From assembly GCF_009914755.1 (NCBI RefSeq), contig NC_060934.1: 64,000 bases of DNA. One strand, 5' to 3'. The position numbers and the translations under genes are program-made. Position 1 is the stretch's first letter. Each line of letters starts with the position of its first letter. Below are positions 53,514 through 64,000 of the stretch, in pieces. The DNA comes from the human T2T-CHM13v2.0 reference genome, Homo sapiens. The notes under the pieces were generated by a model, which saw nothing but the letters and a program-made list of their open reading frames with translations, did no database searches and had not been told where the DNA came from.

Positions 53514-53726
53514 CGAGGTCTCTCAGCCTTGGCACCATTGACATTTTGGGGCAGATAATTCTCTGTTGTGAGGGGTTTTTCTGGGGATTGCTGAATGTTT
53601 ATATCATCCCTGGACCCTACCCACTAGATGACAATAGCACCCCCTTAGTTATGACAACCACAAATGTCTCCAAACATTGTAAAACGTTGCCTGGAAAGTA
53701 AAATTGTCCCCAGTTGAGAACTACTG
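53514..53726 (-). mobile_element. MER20 hAT MITE, inside an older LTR-like remnant
   Basis: MER20 consensus match; 8-bp TSD gtttagag/ttttagag. Confidence 0.85.
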
Positions 53727-54002
53727 TTTTAGAGGAAAGATCTTGTCTTGCTGATTAAAGGGAACTAATGTACCTGGTACCTCCTTCTCTCCCCTTCTTC
53801 CTGCCTTGAACAGGATGTGAGGATTGCAGCTGCAATAACCATTCTGCAACTGTAAGGAAACAGTCAAAAGATTCTCCTTGAAACCGTTGCTACTTAGCAG
53901 CGATCACCTAGCCTTTGATGTCTTATTATGTGAGGGGGGAAATGCTCTTTATAGTTAATGTCACTATAGCAAAACTTTCTGAACTTTGAACCAAATACAT
54001 CC

Positions 54003-54574
54003 TGTATTAGTTTGTGTTGCTGTAACAGAATACCAGAGACTGGGTGATTTATAAAGAAAAGAGGCTTATTTAGCTCATGGTCCTACAGGCTGAGAAGTTC
54101 AAGGGCATGGCCGTGGCTTCAGACAAGGGCTTTTGGGCTGCATCATAACATGGTGGAAGGTCAAAGAGGAACAGACACGTGCAACGGGCTGAACACAAAG
54201 GGCGCCTGTACTTTATAACAACATGCCATCGTGGGAACAAACCCATTTCTGCGAGAACTGATCAAGTTTCATGAGAGTGAGAACTCACTACCGTGAGAAC
54301 AGCACCAAGCCACTCGCAAAAACAGATCCCCCATGAACCAAATGCCTCCCATTAGGTTCCACCCCTTAAAGGTTCCACCTCCCAATGTTGTTACATTAGC
54401 AATTAAGCTTTTGTTTTTGTTTTTTCCGACAAGGTCTCACTATGTTGTCCAGGCTGGACTCAAACTCCTGGGCTCAAGCAATCCTCCTACCTCAGCATCC
54501 TTAGGAGCTGGGGCTACGGCAGTTAAATTTTAACATGAGTTTCTGTGGGGACAAATCATATCCAAACCATAGCA
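54003..54574 (-). mobile_element. MST-type MaLR solo LTR with a nested FLAM (54410-54520)
   Basis: tgtattagt...cagagactgggtgatttataaagaaaagagg...atccaaaccatagca. Confidence 0.85.
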
Positions 54575-54718
54575 CATTGTGCTCAAGATATTGGCTATGC
54601 AGTTCATGGCTTAAAAAACATTATGGGAAGGAGTAGAGACAGTGCATATAATAAAGTATGTATAGTGAAGCAGTACAATTGTATTTCTATTTAAATTGAA
54701 ATTAAAACATTTATAATG

Positions 54719-55960
<1,242 letters not shown>

Positions 55961-56310
55961 ACTTCTAGTCTCCTTTCGCATGTAAGGAGATTAAAAGTGA
56001 CCACTCCATCTTAAGTAAAAAGCTGACCAAGTGGAAAAATCAACAATTCTTAGATTCGTAAGAGAGGTCACAGGGCAAACAGGTGACCCTGTTTGGAGAG
56101 ACAGATGGACACAGAGAATCACAATTTACTGGAGTAAAAACCTGCATGGGAACCAGTGCTGGGGTAAGAAAACCTAAACTATAATTGACAAATTGCTGGA
56201 GGCTCAGTGTGGACAAGTCTGAGTTAAAACTCCAGGGACACCCAGTCACTGGGGATGGGGGGCACACTTTCGTGAGTTCAGTTCTACCAGGCTCTCATAC
56301 TCAACACTAG

Positions 56311-59227
<2,917 letters not shown>

Positions 59228-59678
59228 TTATTAATGTCAAAAATGACATATTTCATATTTCATGGACATTAAAGGATAATAATGAAATGCTATGAACAAC
59301 TCTATGCCCATAAATTTGATAACCTTCATGCAATGGACCAATTCCTTAAAAGACACAATCTGCCAAAACTCATACAAGAAGAAATAGATAATCCAAATAG
59401 GCCTATATTTATTTTTAAAATTGAATCAATAATTGGTAACTTTCCAAACACAAAGCACCAAGCTCAGATGGGTTTAGAGGTGAATTCAACAAAACATTTA
59501 AAGTGGAAATTACACCGATTTTCTATAATCTCTTTTAGAAGATAGAAGCAAAGGGAATACTTCCCAATTCATCCTGAGGCCAGTATACCTTAATGCCAAA
59601 ACTAGAAAAAGACATTTATTTATGAGAAAACAACAGATAAATATCTCTCATGAACATAGATGCAAAAATCCTCAACAA

Positions 59679-60747
<1,069 letters not shown>

Positions 60748-60905
60748 AAAAATCCTCAACAAAATATTAGCAACTTGAATGCAAAATGTATTAAAAAAAT
60801 TATACACTGCAAGCAAATGGAATTTATCCCAGGTATGCAAAACTGGTTCAATATTTGAAAATCAATGTAATCCATCACATCAACAGGCAAAAGAAGAAAA
60901 ATCAC

Positions 60906-64000
<3,095 letters not shown>

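Overview
Human/primate genomic DNA. It is very Alu-dense (about 95-100 Alu copies or fragments by hand count) and looks intergenic or intronic. It opens inside a CpG island (1-850), probably the promoter of a gene lying mostly outside the window; I cannot name that gene. I found no spliced protein-coding gene, and nearly all ORF-track entries are Alu or low-complexity artefacts. The one real protein-derived sequence is a processed SS18L2 retrocopy (59679-60747). It has a 15-bp TSD, AATAAA plus poly(A), and an open 73-codon frame. It sits inside ORF2 of a near-full-length ancient L1MC-type element, in frame with an L1 ATG, and carries its own AluY-like insertion. Other notable items are a very recent Alu-Alu unequal-crossover duplication (39389-39751), an Alu-tail-derived (GAA)~22, an internally inverted Tigger1, and a probable twin-primed ancient L1. 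There is also a MER21 solo LTR, a MADE1/miR-548-like hairpin, a 43-bp minisatellite, a 42-bp micro-retroinsertion with an empty-site paralog nearby, and two motif-rich, repeat-free candidate enhancers. I cannot support a wholly new biological system. Repeat subfamily calls are from memory of consensus sequences and boundaries are approximate.
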